Part shown: one piece after another, positions 47,409-57,499 of the stretch
Layout of the letters: every line of letters starts with the position of its first letter
Position numbering within the stretch: the stretch's first letter is position 1
Virus record (IMG/VR): IMGVR_UViG_3300020123_000428
DNA: 64,000 bases
Origin: an uncultured virus (IMG/VR IMGVR_UViG_3300020123_000428)
Taxonomy: Duplodnaviria; Heunggongvirae; Uroviricota; Caudoviricetes
Reading direction: 5' to 3' (one strand)
Notes under the pieces: model-generated
Told to the model about the DNA's origin: nothing
Database searches by the model: none
What the model saw: only the letters and a program-made list of their open reading frames with translations
Made by a program: the position numbers and the translations under genes

Positions 47409-47780
47409 TCACATCGCTTCGGAGATGCCCCGGCCCTTGCCGAAGATCACCTTCCAGATCGCGCCGGCCAGCGGAATGGAGAGCGTGGCCGCGATCTGGA
47501 GCCACTTCTGGAGCTCGGCAGTCTTGAGCGTCTGCACTCCCGCCTGGAGCTGCGCCATCACGTTGGCTTGCCACTGGGCGGTGGCCGGATCGGTCAGGGT
47601 CGGCTGCGAGAGCGTGCTGGCTGACGCCGGATCGTCGCCCAGCGAGCCCAGCGCCGGCCCCATCTGGCGGTGCACCCGCGCCCGCGACAACGGGGTCGAG
47701 ACGCCGCCGATGGCCGTGTACCAGCGGGGGCCGTGAGCGGTGTCGCCGGAGAGCGCGCGATGCTTGCGGTGGTAGGACAT
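47409..47780 (-). CDS. membrane-anchored virion-type protein
   Basis: basic N-terminus, ALGSLGD, C-terminal TM. Confidence 0.6.
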   Translation of the reverse strand: MSYHRKHRALSGDTAHGPRWYTAIGGVSTPLSRARVHRQMGPALGSLGDDPASASTLSQPTLTDPATAQWQANVMAQLQAGVQTLKTAELQKWLQIAATLSIPLAGAIWKVIFGKGRGISEAM

Positions 47781-47792
47781 GGGGCCCCTTGT

Positions 47793-48407
47793 TCAGTTGG
47801 TGGCGAACACGCCCAGGTTGGCGGCGCCGATGGCGTCGTCGATCGCCAGGTCCGACAGATCGCCCTGCGCTGGCGGCGATGCCTGCGGACCTGCGTTGGT
47901 CACCTTGCCGCCGCTGGACACGCCGTAGCGCCCGGCGTCGAAGGCGTCGTTGTACGTGAACTCGTTCGGGTCCTCGTCCGTCGGTTGCAGCATGGCCGCC
48001 TGGCTCTGGGCGGCGAGCTGGTTCTGGGCGGTCGTGGTCGCGGCCGCGATCTCCGGCGTCGCATCCGCGATCACCCACCCCAGGGTCGGTAGGTAGAGTT
48101 GGATGATGGACTGGATCGCCGCGATCGCGGAGCCGACCACCACGGGCGTGTGGTACTTCTCGATCCACTTCACTCGGTGGGCCAGGAACCACGCCGCCAG
48201 GAACGAGCCGACCGAGGTCACCGCGCCCGCGTGCTTCGCCCAGCCGGGCGAGAGCTTGGCGACCTGGGTGGCGGCGATCCGGGTGGCGAACCGCGTGGCC
48301 GCGAACCCCGCGAACCCCGGCACGATGTACTCGACCAGGTCCGTGAAGAGGGGCGGGTTGCGCCGCATGGGCTTCACGTACCGACGATGCATTGTGGAAC
48401 GCGCCAT
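47793..48407 (-). CDS. membrane virion-type protein
   Basis: MRRNP then hydrophobic helices and acidic tail; architecture like C-half of 10448-11887. Confidence 0.6.
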   Translation of the reverse strand: MARSTMHRRYVKPMRRNPPLFTDLVEYIVPGFAGFAATRFATRIAATQVAKLSPGWAKHAGAVTSVGSFLAAWFLAHRVKWIEKYHTPVVVGSAIAAIQSIIQLYLPTLGWVIADATPEIAAATTTAQNQLAAQSQAAMLQPTDEDPNEFTYNDAFDAGRYGVSSGGKVTNAGPQASPPAQGDLSDLAIDDAIGAANLGVFATN

Positions 48408-48507
48408 GTCCTGTGTTGCTCCTGCGCGGCCCCGGGTACGCGCCGTAGGCCACAGGGTAGCCCGGGATCGGCCGGTGGTTCAAGCCCCTTCCTCGGCAGC
48501 GCGTGGT

Positions 48508-48662
48508 GTCCCGGCCTCCCCGGGCAGGTCCCCTCGTAGTTCATGAGCCGTCTCGGTCGCCCGAGCGTCGCTAGTTCCCCGTCCCCGCTTGGGGGGCTCA
48601 TCTTGAGCGCCGCCAGCACACGTCTCGCAGGCAGGGCACACCCGTCTCGCCGCTTCGCGAGC
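48508..48662 (-). CRISPR. mini-array with covarying hairpins
   Basis: hairpins 48508-48525, 48550-48566, 48581-48597, 48644-48662; half repeat 48622-48627; spacers 14-24 nt. Confidence 0.6.
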
Positions 48663-48671
48663 AGATACCTA

Positions 48672-49109
48672 CTAACTCCCGGTCGGCGCGGTGACCCCCC
48701 CGTGGACGGCGCAGCCCAGCACCGTCTCCAGGAACCGCCGCAGCACCGGCGTCGCGTCGTGGGCGTGGTGGACGATCTCGCGTAGCGAGGTCCGAGCCAG
48801 CGCCGTGAGCGTCATCAGCAGCTTCAGGTATGACCCGCCCAGCTTGGGCTCGATGTGGTGCCACTGGTTCGAGATCATGATCTCCATCACCTGGTCCGGC
48901 TCGACACCGTAGGTCGCCAGGATCCCGGCCACATGCCCCAGGATCAGGAACACGGTCGAGCACTCACCGGTGTGCAGCGAGAACTCGCGGAGTCCCAGAC
49001 CCACCAGCTCGCGCTGCAGGAGGGACGGGCCGGCCGAGGTCGCCGCCTGCATCAGGCGATCGACGAAGTGGTTCGCCTGCTGCTGGGTCTCGTCGTGCGG
49101 GGTCGTCAT
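48672..49109 (-). CDS. hypothetical protein
   Basis: GGAGG RBS. Confidence 0.55.
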   Translation of the reverse strand: MTTPHDETQQQANHFVDRLMQAATSAGPSLLQRELVGLGLREFSLHTGECSTVFLILGHVAGILATYGVEPDQVMEIMISNQWHHIEPKLGGSYLKLLMTLTALARTSLREIVHHAHDATPVLRRFLETVLGCAVHGGVTAPTGS

Positions 49110-49402
49110 GATCGGGGCCTCCTTGCCTTGGGCGTCTTGGTCTTGCCAGTGGCCGCGGTGACCGGCGGGGTCACCACGGCCTGGAGCTCGGGGCCGGGCT
49201 CGATCACGCGCTCGGGGCGCGACGGCTTGCCGCTGAACCCGCCATCATCGAACCAGCATCGGACGCAGAGGTACACCGGCACGCCCGATCCCGGCCGCGG
49301 CTCCATCTCGAGCATGATGGTGCCGTGCGCCGCCGGGCGCTCGCAGTCCTCGCAAGCGATCCCGATCGAGAGCGGGACCTCGATGTCCGAGGTCGTGGCC
49401 AT
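49106..49402 (-). CDS. Zn-finger protein
   Basis: CEDC...CVRC. Confidence 0.5.
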   Translation of the reverse strand: MATTSDIEVPLSIGIACEDCERPAAHGTIMLEMEPRPGSGVPVYLCVRCWFDDGGFSGKPSRPERVIEPGPELQAVVTPPVTAATGKTKTPKARRPRS

Positions 49403-49413
49403 GGTCGGTCCGG

Positions 49414-49773
49414 TCAGCGCGAGGCCGGGGTATCGTACTCGGCGCTGGCGGTCGCACCGCTCTGATCGATCGCCGCCGGCGCCGTGTTGGCGGCCAGCAC
49501 CGACACCAGGGTTCCGATCGTCACCCCCAGCGCCGCGATGGCCACGTTGACCGCGCTGGCGGTCGCGGTCTTGCCGTCGATGAAGACGGTGCGGGATACG
49601 CTGCCATCCGTGGTCGGCAGCATGCCCACGGTGCACGCCCCGCTGGGGCAACTCACGTTGATGGGTGTGGTCACGTCGATCACGTTGTTCGCCGGGTTCG
49701 CGGCGTCGAAGTGGGTGTAGAGGACCAGAGGTCCGTAGTTGATGGACTTTCCGACATGGACAGAAGACGTCAT
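49414..49773 (-). CDS. hypothetical protein
   Basis: GC3-rich ORF. Confidence 0.5.
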   Translation of the reverse strand: MTSSVHVGKSINYGPLVLYTHFDAANPANNVIDVTTPINVSCPSGACTVGMLPTTDGSVSRTVFIDGKTATASAVNVAIAALGVTIGTLVSVLAANTAPAAIDQSGATASAEYDTPASR

Positions 49774-49812
49774 GCGGACGGTGTAGCACCGGGGTCTGAC
49801 AGGCTGGACGCA

Positions 49813-50145
49813 TCAGATCGGGGGTCCAGCCGGCGGAGATCCCGGGCGTGAATCGGAAGGCGAGCGGCTCACGCTTCCGCACCGCGCGTCGTAAAGTCTG
49901 GCTAGGTCGCCGATGCCCCGGTAGAAGCGACGAGAACCGCGGCAGATCGCTCGGGAGATCATCACGACGATTACGATAGGCCACCCGACTGTCGCCAACA
50001 CGTCGATAACAAAACGTGCGTCTGGTGTCAGCGCCAGCAGACCGAGACCACGGCGCTGTACAAGGAGCAAGGTGACGCACGTGCCTAACATCCCGTACAT
50101 CAGCAGGGAGAGGAGTATTACGACTGCGAGATCAAACGTGCTCAT
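49813..50145 (-). CDS. two-TM membrane protein
   Basis: hydrophobic helices; atypical composition. Confidence 0.4.
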   Translation of the reverse strand: MSTFDLAVVILLSLLMYGMLGTCVTLLLVQRRGLGLLALTPDARFVIDVLATVGWPIVIVVMISRAICRGSRRFYRGIGDLARLYDARCGSVSRSPSDSRPGSPPAGPPI

Positions 50146-50469
50146 TGCGTGGATGCCTCACCGTGGAGTTCCACGCCTGTCAGCGACCGGTACGGCACCA
50201 CCCGGCGGGTGATCGCCATGGTCTTCCGGCCGCAATGGTTGCAACGGACGAGACTCACTGGACTCACCGCCGCCGCCGCCCGCGGTCGTCCCAGAGGTCA
50301 AGCACGAACGGCAGGCCGATCGCCCCCACGAACACCAGACCGCCGAAGACGTTGGTCAGCGCGGTGGTGTTGCCGGTCGCGGCGAGCGCGATCATGAGCG
50401 CGCCGGTCAGCACGATCCCGACCAGAACCAGAACGAAGATTTGCTTCTTGGACACGGACGTCTCTCCCT

Positions 50470-51176
50470 TCAGTGCATCGGATAGGTCACGCAGGTCACC
50501 CGGGCATCCCAGCACGCCCGGCACTCCCCGCACTTGTTGTCGCGCTTCTCCACCGCCAGGCACTCGACCGCACCGCGGCGCGCGACCAGCCGGACGCCGC
50601 TCAGGCTGTAGGGCACGCTGGCCACCGCGGAGGTCGGCAGATCCTCGAGATCGCGAGGCACCACCGGCTCGGAGTCGATCATCTTGCCCGAGAGCCGGAT
50701 GACCAGGTTGTCCGGATCACGCCGCCGCCCGCCCGGAACGCGGTCACGATCTCGTACTCGCGGGTCGGCAGCCAGTGCCGGACCTCCGGCGTCCGCGCGC
50801 ACACGGCCACGATGTTCCGCAGGTGCCAGAGGCCCTGCAGGTCCCCCGAGTCGTGCCACCGGAAGTAGTTCTGGGGCGGCTGGCAGGCCCGGCTGATGAG
50901 CGTCACCATCGCGTCCACCCACCGCGGGTGGTGGATGCCGCGCCAGCGCCGCTCGTGCCCCTCGAGCAGCGGCTTCCAGCTGCGATACCAGTCCGTCATG
51001 GCGTAGCAGCCCGAGCACACCGAGCCACGCACCCCGCGCAGCTTGCCGCCGGTGATGCACTTCTGGGCGCTGATCCCGTACGAGTAGCCGGGCATCTTGC
51101 TGGGGTGTCCCAGCGCACCAGCGATCTCCTGGGCCTCCTTGACGGTCATCAGCATGGGCAGGCGGACGCGCGGCAT
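50470..51176 (-). pseudogene. GP88-like phage protein split by a 1-nt frameshift
   Basis: SKMPGYS, CSGCYA, YFRWHDSGD, HWLPTRE in one frame; PDNLVIRLS...CGECRACWD in another; join near 50713. Confidence 0.65.
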
Positions 51177-51574
51177 CACCGGCCGTCCCCTGTGGCCTTG
51201 CACGCCTGTGCGTATTCGTGTTGGAACTTCCTGACCATGGACGCCAACCACGCCCGCATGGTCGCCTGATCGTAGTCCCGGAACATCCCCGAGAAACTGC
51301 CGCGCTCGCGGTGGTGCTGGCGGCAGAGTGGGATGCACGTCTCGTCCGGCGCCTTGCGCCCCATGCCGCGGCGCCCCGCGTGGTCCGCCTCGACGTGTCC
51401 GCCGCACGGGCTGGGGTTGGGCAGGAGGCGGGCGCAGCACGGCTGGCGCCATACCCAGACGATGTAGGCCATGTCCCGGGGACGCTGGCGGTAAGCCGAC
51501 TTGCCACTGGCACGAAGCCGGGACGTCCGGCGCAGCGGGGTCTTGCGCTTGAGCGGGGTGTGCTTCATCCCCAT
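51176..51574 (-). CDS. DUF968/HNH-like putative nuclease
   Basis: QPCC...EADH...GMGRKAPD..CIPLCRQHH. Confidence 0.65.
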   Translation of the reverse strand: MGMKHTPLKRKTPLRRTSRLRASGKSAYRQRPRDMAYIVWVWRQPCCARLLPNPSPCGGHVEADHAGRRGMGRKAPDETCIPLCRQHHRERGSFSGMFRDYDQATMRAWLASMVRKFQHEYAQACKATGDGR

Positions 51575-52323
51575 CCGATCGTGTCACTGCGCACGAGCTT
51601 GTCGATGTCCCAGTGTGCAATGACGTCATCGATCATGGCCACGCACTCCGCATATGGTGCACCCGGTTTGTTGGGGCCAGACCGGAGTCCGTACATGTCG
51701 GAGGCGTCCGCTACGTAGGTCATGGTGGCCTCGCCGCGCGAGAACGTGAACATGACGCGCCCAGCGCAGTCGAAGGTCATGAGCGTGGTCGTGCCGAACA
51801 CCCCGGCATTGCCGCGATGGGACTCGGACTTGATCCGCGGCATCAGTTTGCGGTACGCGAGCCGCACGAACCGACGCCACGAATGGTCGATGACCTTCAT
51901 CTGCGCGCCCAGGGTGGCCTCCAGCTCGGTCTCCAGCCAGCGCTCACCGGTGAGCAGCGGCATCAACCGACAGACGGAGTGCGCCACCAGCACGCGGTGT
52001 ATTCCACCAGCGTAGACATCGACCAGATCGGGGATGTCGTGTCCAGTTTCTCTCCGGTAGGTCGACCGCTCCGATTCCCATCGTGGGGACGATGCGAACT
52101 CGGCGTATGCCTCGACCACAAGTTGGGGGATGTGGCGGGTGAAACTGCCATCGATCGGATCGTCGGGGGATTCGGACTCCTCGAGCCATGTGGACAACAT
52201 CCAGGCGAGTCGGTCCTCGCCGCGGCCGCACGCATATTCCGGGTGACCGTACTCGTCGGTCAGTCCTTCCCCTTTCCTGTACCAGAACCAACGGAGTCGG
52301 TTGATGAAGTCGGTCTTGTTCAT
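51565..52323 (-). CDS. hypothetical protein
   Basis: AAGGAG RBS; 252 aa. Confidence 0.55.
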   Translation of the reverse strand: MNKTDFINRLRWFWYRKGEGLTDEYGHPEYACGRGEDRLAWMLSTWLEESESPDDPIDGSFTRHIPQLVVEAYAEFASSPRWESERSTYRRETGHDIPDLVDVYAGGIHRVLVAHSVCRLMPLLTGERWLETELEATLGAQMKVIDHSWRRFVRLAYRKLMPRIKSESHRGNAGVFGTTTLMTFDCAGRVMFTFSRGEATMTYVADASDMYGLRSGPNKPGAPYAECVAMIDDVIAHWDIDKLVRSDTIGWG

Positions 52324-53468
52324 CGATCTCCTTTGCCTCGCCGAACCGGCTTGGCCAGATGCTGCCTACCATCGAGGTACGGGGCGCCGATGACGCCGCC
52401 CGGCTTGCGCTTCGATCCGACGCCCGCGGAGATGGCTCCGCTCCGGTCATCATCTCGATGCCCAGGAGATCGGTCGCCTTCCACCCAGGCCCACGGGTTC
52501 GCCTGCTTCAGGAAGTACGGGACGTCGGCATCGGCGCACTGATCACGCAGATCTCGGAGCCATGCGGTAGCGCACGGCCGCGCGCCAGGCCCGCTCTCGC
52601 AGCCCGCGATCACCCAGTGCACCCGCGGATCCTGCGTGCTCCCGTCGCGCTGCGGTACCGACCAGCGTCCAGTAAGCGCGTCGATCGGGATTGGGTTGGG
52701 TCGTACCCGGCGCAGGTCGACCAGACCGAGCAACGGCTCGCAACTGAGGAACCGGACCGCCGCCGGCGTCGCCAGCAGGTGCGGGATCCGCTCGTCGGCG
52801 GCCTCCTGGTTCTCGACCGATACGCCGATCCAGACGTTCGGCAACGGCCATGATGTTCCATAGGTGGCAGCATTGGGGAGGTCGAGCAGCTTGTGGTTTG
52901 GCCGGCCATCATCGTCATCTCCCCACACGTCGCCAGCGCTCGCCTCCCACGCGCAGGTGAGCAGAGCGCTCGGGCCGAACCGCATCATGTCATGCCCGTC
53001 TCCGTGCTCCTCCGCCCATTCGAACCACTTGCGCATCCGCTTCGCGCGCTTCGTGAGCACCTGGAACGTGTGCTGCGGGCACGCCGCCATCACCCCGAAC
53101 ACCGCCGCGATCTGCTCGTTGCTCAGGCTCTCGTGGAACAGGTCGGACATCGAGTTAACGAAGATCTCCCGGGGGTGCCGCCACCGCAGCGGTTCGGCGA
53201 GCTTGTTCGGGTCGAGCACCACCTTGCCAGTCCAGCGCGGCTCGTCGTACGAGCCCGCAGCGGTAACACACGTGTAGCGGAGCCCGCTGACCATCGAGCG
53301 AACACTCACCAGCCCGTCGTACGGGGACGGCTTCCCCTTGGCCATTCGCACGATGCGCGCGGCCTGCTGCTCGGCGTAGCAGTGCCGGCATCCCTCGCTC
53401 ACCCGGGAGCATCCCCGCGTGGGGTTCCATGTCGTCTCGGTCCACTCGATCTTCGTCTCACGGCTCAT
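52320..53468 (-). CDS. DUF5131 (phage Gp37/Gp68) family protein
   Basis: IEWT..TWNP..GC..VS.GC..CYA, FVNSMSDLFHE, QVLTKR, LSCEPLLG, WVIAGCESG. Confidence 0.85.
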   Translation of the reverse strand: MSRETKIEWTETTWNPTRGCSRVSEGCRHCYAEQQAARIVRMAKGKPSPYDGLVSVRSMVSGLRYTCVTAAGSYDEPRWTGKVVLDPNKLAEPLRWRHPREIFVNSMSDLFHESLSNEQIAAVFGVMAACPQHTFQVLTKRAKRMRKWFEWAEEHGDGHDMMRFGPSALLTCAWEASAGDVWGDDDDGRPNHKLLDLPNAATYGTSWPLPNVWIGVSVENQEAADERIPHLLATPAAVRFLSCEPLLGLVDLRRVRPNPIPIDALTGRWSVPQRDGSTQDPRVHWVIAGCESGPGARPCATAWLRDLRDQCADADVPYFLKQANPWAWVEGDRSPGHRDDDRSGAISAGVGSKRKPGGVIGAPYLDGRQHLAKPVRRGKGDR

Positions 53469-54241
53469 CGCTCAACCCTCCGGAACGTGATGGCCCACAC
53501 CCACGGATTGGCCGCCCACGCCGCCGACGTGTCGACGACAGTGCGCCACGGCTTGAGCGTGTAGCTCGGGTCTCCGAGGTGCAGGTACTCACGCCGGCGC
53601 CGCTTGCCATTGACGCGATCCCACAGGTCGGCGAACGGAAGGCGGTGCGGCTGGTCGCCGAGGCGGCAGCGATCGAACCCCGGACCGGGCACCCGTTGCT
53701 CCGGCGAGATGTGCCCGTGCGGCGGCGTGTACGGCTCCACGCCCTCGGCCCGCGCGTCGTCCTCGGTGATCTCCTGGACGCGCTGCACGCGGACCTCGGT
53801 GATCTCGAGGGCGATGCGCGACGCCCAGCGGGGCATGAAGATCCCAGGGCGCCAGAAACACCCCTCCTGGAGCTGGCCCCAGTCCGCCCGGAGCGCCACG
53901 TTGTACTGCGCGCGCAGGGGCTCGGGGGGAACTCCGCGCACCGATTCCCGGAGCCAGTCGGTCTCATCGCCGTACGCGTGCAGTCCCCACGTCTCCTTGA
54001 CCCACAGGCGATCTCCGGGATACCCGTACGGGCAGTACGAGCGCGGATACATCGGTGGCTCGCACCCGTCCATTCGATAGATCTTCAGGTAGGGTCCGGG
54101 ACCGAATACCGTTCCACCGGGATCGACGACGACACCCGCCGCGTCTGCCGGTAGCTTCACGGCTCTCCTCGTCTGGGTCTTGCGCCCCTCCAGGATCGCA
54201 CGGACCATCTCGGCCTTGAACAGGATCGGGCGCTCCTTCAC
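53465..54241 (-). CDS. ASCH/PUA-like phage protein
   Basis: MKERPILF..MVRAILEGRKTQTRR...GDRLWVKETW...FMPRWASR...NPWVW. Confidence 0.75.
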   Translation of the reverse strand: MKERPILFKAEMVRAILEGRKTQTRRAVKLPADAAGVVVDPGGTVFGPGPYLKIYRMDGCEPPMYPRSYCPYGYPGDRLWVKETWGLHAYGDETDWLRESVRGVPPEPLRAQYNVALRADWGQLQEGCFWRPGIFMPRWASRIALEITEVRVQRVQEITEDDARAEGVEPYTPPHGHISPEQRVPGPGFDRCRLGDQPHRLPFADLWDRVNGKRRRREYLHLGDPSYTLKPWRTVVDTSAAWAANPWVWAITFRRVER

Positions 54242-54510
54242 GACGGCCCACCCAACAGGCCTCGGAGCGCCACCAACACAGCCTGTGAATCATCGAAGGA
54301 TGAGTAGGGGCCGCCATCGAGCGCTTGGTCCACCGCCCGGAATACCGTGATCCCTCCGTGCTCTCGCCACCGTACGACGGCCAGGCCATCCGCCGTGCGA
54401 ATGTCGATGTGGTAATGACCATCCACCCGCAGCGGAGGGTCCACCGTGACCACGGCTCCGGGAAACGCGCTGCAAATCGCTGCCACGAAGTGGTCCAGCG
54501 ATGACTTCAT
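54238..54510 (-). CDS. hypothetical protein
   Basis: coupled to both neighbours. Confidence 0.4.
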   Translation of the reverse strand: MKSSLDHFVAAICSAFPGAVVTVDPPLRVDGHYHIDIRTADGLAVVRWREHGGITVFRAVDQALDGGPYSSFDDSQAVLVALRGLLGGPS

Positions 54511-55130
54511 GATCTCCCCCACGTCGACCAGCGGGTCAGGTGCGCGAAGGTCCGCTCGAACTTCCGGGGGCTGGGCCCGAAGTAGATCAGCGCCGGCTCG
54601 AACCGGCACGACATCCGCTTCATCCCGGCCTTGGGGGCATCTGGGTCCAGGAACGCGATCCGCTGGAGCCCCAGGATGCGGGGGTTGTGCTTGGGCTTCA
54701 GGCACTGGTCCCGCCACCAGTGCGCCGAGGTCGACATCATGCACAGGCGCACCAGCTCGCGGACGTGGCCCACCTCGATCTCGTGCAGCATCTTGGCGGT
54801 CCAGGCGGCCGCCTGCGAGTAGGGGTCGTTCTGGTAGACCACGCGCGTCATCGGCCTGGGCACCAGTACCCACGGACGGACCAGTCCGCCGCGCGACAGC
54901 TTCAGCCGCGCCGCCACGAGCGAGCGGTCATTGGAGCAGGGGTCGACGTCCACCTCGCCGTAGAGGTCGTGGAGCGGCACGGTGATCTCGGGTGGCGAGC
55001 ACCAGGAATCGGAGTCCGACGGCTTGCGATCTCCAGCGCCGGCGGGAACCTGCGCGGACAGCACCCGCGCGACCCACGCCTTGCTGCGTCCGAGCGCTGC
55101 CGCGACCTGCCCGGCCGTGTACGTGCTCAT
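54507..55130 (-). CDS. phage DNA N6-adenine methyltransferase-like protein
   Basis: DSWCSPP, DVDPCS, VYQNDPYS (NPPY variant), RIAF. Confidence 0.65.
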   Translation of the reverse strand: MSTYTAGQVAAALGRSKAWVARVLSAQVPAGAGDRKPSDSDSWCSPPEITVPLHDLYGEVDVDPCSNDRSLVAARLKLSRGGLVRPWVLVPRPMTRVVYQNDPYSQAAAWTAKMLHEIEVGHVRELVRLCMMSTSAHWWRDQCLKPKHNPRILGLQRIAFLDPDAPKAGMKRMSCRFEPALIYFGPSPRKFERTFAHLTRWSTWGRS

Positions 55131-55387
55131 CGCTTGCCACTGTCAAACTGCAGGTCGGCCAGCCTGACCAGCGCCCGCACGCTATCGCGAAGGATTGCCA
55201 ACTCGCGGTCCTGGCGCTCCATGTGGCTACGGAGCCGGGCGTTCTCGACCTCGTGCTCGCGGATGCAGAGCAGATCGGCGTTTCGCTGCTGGGCGAACTC
55301 CCCCTGGATCTTCTCGATCTGGTTTCTGGTCTCGCGGACGGCCTGGTGTGCGTCCGCGAGTGCGCTCGCTTGGGTCTTGCGTGTCAT
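55127..55387 (-). CDS. coiled-coil hypothetical protein
   Basis: GGAG RBS; ATGA coupling. Confidence 0.45.
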   Translation of the reverse strand: MTRKTQASALADAHQAVRETRNQIEKIQGEFAQQRNADLLCIREHEVENARLRSHMERQDRELAILRDSVRALVRLADLQFDSGKR

Positions 55388-55419
55388 CTCGGATCTCCGT
55401 GTCCCTTTGTACCTACCAA

Positions 55420-55860
55420 TCAGTCGAGGTCCAACAGCGCGAATCGCACGCGGGAGGCGTCCTGATCTTCCACGCCATCGACCGACTCCGGGGGTGATGT
55501 GGTCAGTCGGCGCACCTCGGCGAGCGCGGCCTCCAACTCGGTGGCCAACTGTCGGGCGCGGGCCTGCGCGGCCGTCCGCGCGGCGGCATGGCGCTCGGCC
55601 TCATCGGTGAGGCGGCGGATGCGGGCCTGGGCGGAGGCCTCCGCGGCGCGGGCCTCGTGGGCGGCCACGCGGGAGCGCTGCGCCTCTCCGCGAGACCGCT
55701 CGATCTCGGCGCGGGTCTCGGCGAGCGACTGCTCCAGCTTTGCGCGGATCGTGGGGGCGCCGCTGGCGGCGCACGCCTTGTGCAGCACCTCCGTCTCCGC
55801 CACCACGACCTGGTTCCGAGCCACGATGGGCTGGAGGCAGATGGCGCAGCGGGCTCCCAT
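55420..55860 (-). CDS. Zn-finger + coiled-coil protein
   Basis: CAIC...HKAC. Confidence 0.5.
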   Translation of the reverse strand: MGARCAICLQPIVARNQVVVAETEVLHKACAASGAPTIRAKLEQSLAETRAEIERSRGEAQRSRVAAHEARAAEASAQARIRRLTDEAERHAAARTAAQARARQLATELEAALAEVRRLTTSPPESVDGVEDQDASRVRFALLDLD

Positions 55861-55915
55861 GGCGGCATAGGATACGTCTCGCTCGGTCTCGTGGTCTACC
55901 TCACGAGATAGTCCG

Positions 55916-56182
55916 TCAGAACTCGCTGCAGAACCAATCACCGAGGTTGCAGTCCACCAGAGGCGTGGAGACGCCGTCGATGTCGACCTTGGCGTTCTGG
56001 ACCTCCTGATCGGTCATCTCCTCCCAGGAGATGTCGCCGTCCGCCTTGCACTCGTCGTACGACTTGCCCCACTGACCGAACTCGATCTGGGCGTCTCGCA
56101 AGATCTGCTCGGCGTGGGCCATGTCTTGGGCCACCACCACGTAGTCGGCGCCATCGTCCATCGCGAAGTATCGCTTGATCAC
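55916..56182 (-). CDS. acidic hypothetical protein
   Basis: AAGGAG RBS. Confidence 0.5.
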   Translation of the reverse strand: MIKRYFAMDDGADYVVVAQDMAHAEQILRDAQIEFGQWGKSYDECKADGDISWEEMTDQEVQNAKVDIDGVSTPLVDCNLGDWFCSEF

Positions 56183-56652
56183 GGGATCTCCTTTTCGTGT
56201 CGAGCTATCTCATCTTCGGTGACCTCTCCCCAGATCGGATCGCCCGCGGACATCGGCCACATCACGCGCAGCGTGGTCGCGTCCATCTGCTGCGTGCCGT
56301 GCTCGGTCGCGACCAGAGCGACCCAGCGGTCGGCTCCCATCCGGTGGACCTTCGTGTTGCCGGTGTTCGGGGAGACCGTGACGCCGTACTGCACCGGCAC
56401 GAACCGGACCGACAACAGGGTCCCGTAGAAGGTCTTGCTGGCGTTCAGGTCGGGATAGTACCGCGCCAGGATCTCCTCGCGTCGATCGGGGGGCGCCATC
56501 GCCATATCCCGCCTGAGTCCTTCGATCGCAGGGTTGCGATCACCGGATCGAGTTCTCGCCATGTCATCATCGACACGGCGTCTCGCCGCCGCTCGGCGTT
56601 CCTCATCAGGTACCGACCACTCGACACGCATCGGGTGCATCATCGCTGACAC
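56179..56652 (-). CDS. hypothetical protein
   Basis: operon fit. Confidence 0.45.
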   Translation of the reverse strand: MSAMMHPMRVEWSVPDEERRAAARRRVDDDMARTRSGDRNPAIEGLRRDMAMAPPDRREEILARYYPDLNASKTFYGTLLSVRFVPVQYGVTVSPNTGNTKVHRMGADRWVALVATEHGTQQMDATTLRVMWPMSAGDPIWGEVTEDEIARHEKEIP

Positions 56653-56933
56653 CCCACGGTGCGGTCATCCACCACGATCGGATGCTGTCCCCCGGTGCAG
56701 TGCAGCCGGCCGTACAGGCACCCGCTGGGCACCACCGACCGATCCGGTCGTCCGTACGTCCCGTCGTAGTCCGGATCGCCAACGGGGTTCTGGGTGCACA
56801 GGAACTCGCCGGACGGGCGGATCCCGTTGTTGTGCCAGTGGCCAGGGCACGCCGCGTGGTGCGGACGGAGCACCTGCGCCGCGATCGCCAGCAGCACCCC
56901 GATGATCACGTAGTACCAGTTCGAGCAGTCCAT
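56640..56933 (-). CDS. Cys-rich secreted/membrane protein
   Basis: N-terminal TM; TGATG coupling. Confidence 0.45.
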   Translation of the reverse strand: MDCSNWYYVIIGVLLAIAAQVLRPHHAACPGHWHNNGIRPSGEFLCTQNPVGDPDYDGTYGRPDRSVVPSGCLYGRLHCTGGQHPIVVDDRTVGCQR

Positions 56934-57499
56934 CAGGTTCCTGCCGGCTGGTTGTTGGCGAGCGCGCGGAGGCGATCGGCTACCTCGGGGCAGTCGATCT
57001 GGTCGCACGCCTCGCGCAGCCCAGCTTCAAGAGCGGAGACCCGGTTGTTCCGGATGGCCAGGTTGTCATCCAGCCATTGGACAAACTCCGACAGCGCCCC
57101 AGAGACGGGCGGATGAGATCCGGCGAGGGCGAGGGCGCGGATCGCATCAATGCCCCGGACCTCCGCCAGCGCCGCCTCGAGTTGGTCGGCGAGGTCGCGG
57201 AGGTTGTTGCGCATCCACGCTATGCCACGCGCATCAGCACCACCGTGCGGACCGTTCCCGGTGGTTGCGAAGCACGTGGCGTCAAGTTCGATTGGCTTGT
57301 CCGATGCCGCAACCGCCACGACGTGCATGGGTTGACCAGAGAACTCGGCGTGCGCCTCGCGAAACTGGATCAACTGATCGTCGAGTTCGTCCGAGCGGTA
57401 GAGCCCAGCGACTGCTGTACCTGTGGTCATCGCCTCGTCGTGCTTCTTGGCCCCGCTCACCAGCCGAGCGCAGAGCGCGGGGTCGAGCTTGGCGGTCAC
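56933..57499 (-). CDS. hypothetical protein
   Basis: GAGGA RBS. Confidence 0.5.
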   Translation of the reverse strand: MTAKLDPALCARLVSGAKKHDEAMTTGTAVAGLYRSDELDDQLIQFREAHAEFSGQPMHVVAVAASDKPIELDATCFATTGNGPHGGADARGIAWMRNNLRDLADQLEAALAEVRGIDAIRALALAGSHPPVSGALSEFVQWLDDNLAIRNNRVSALEAGLREACDQIDCPEVADRLRALANNQPAGT

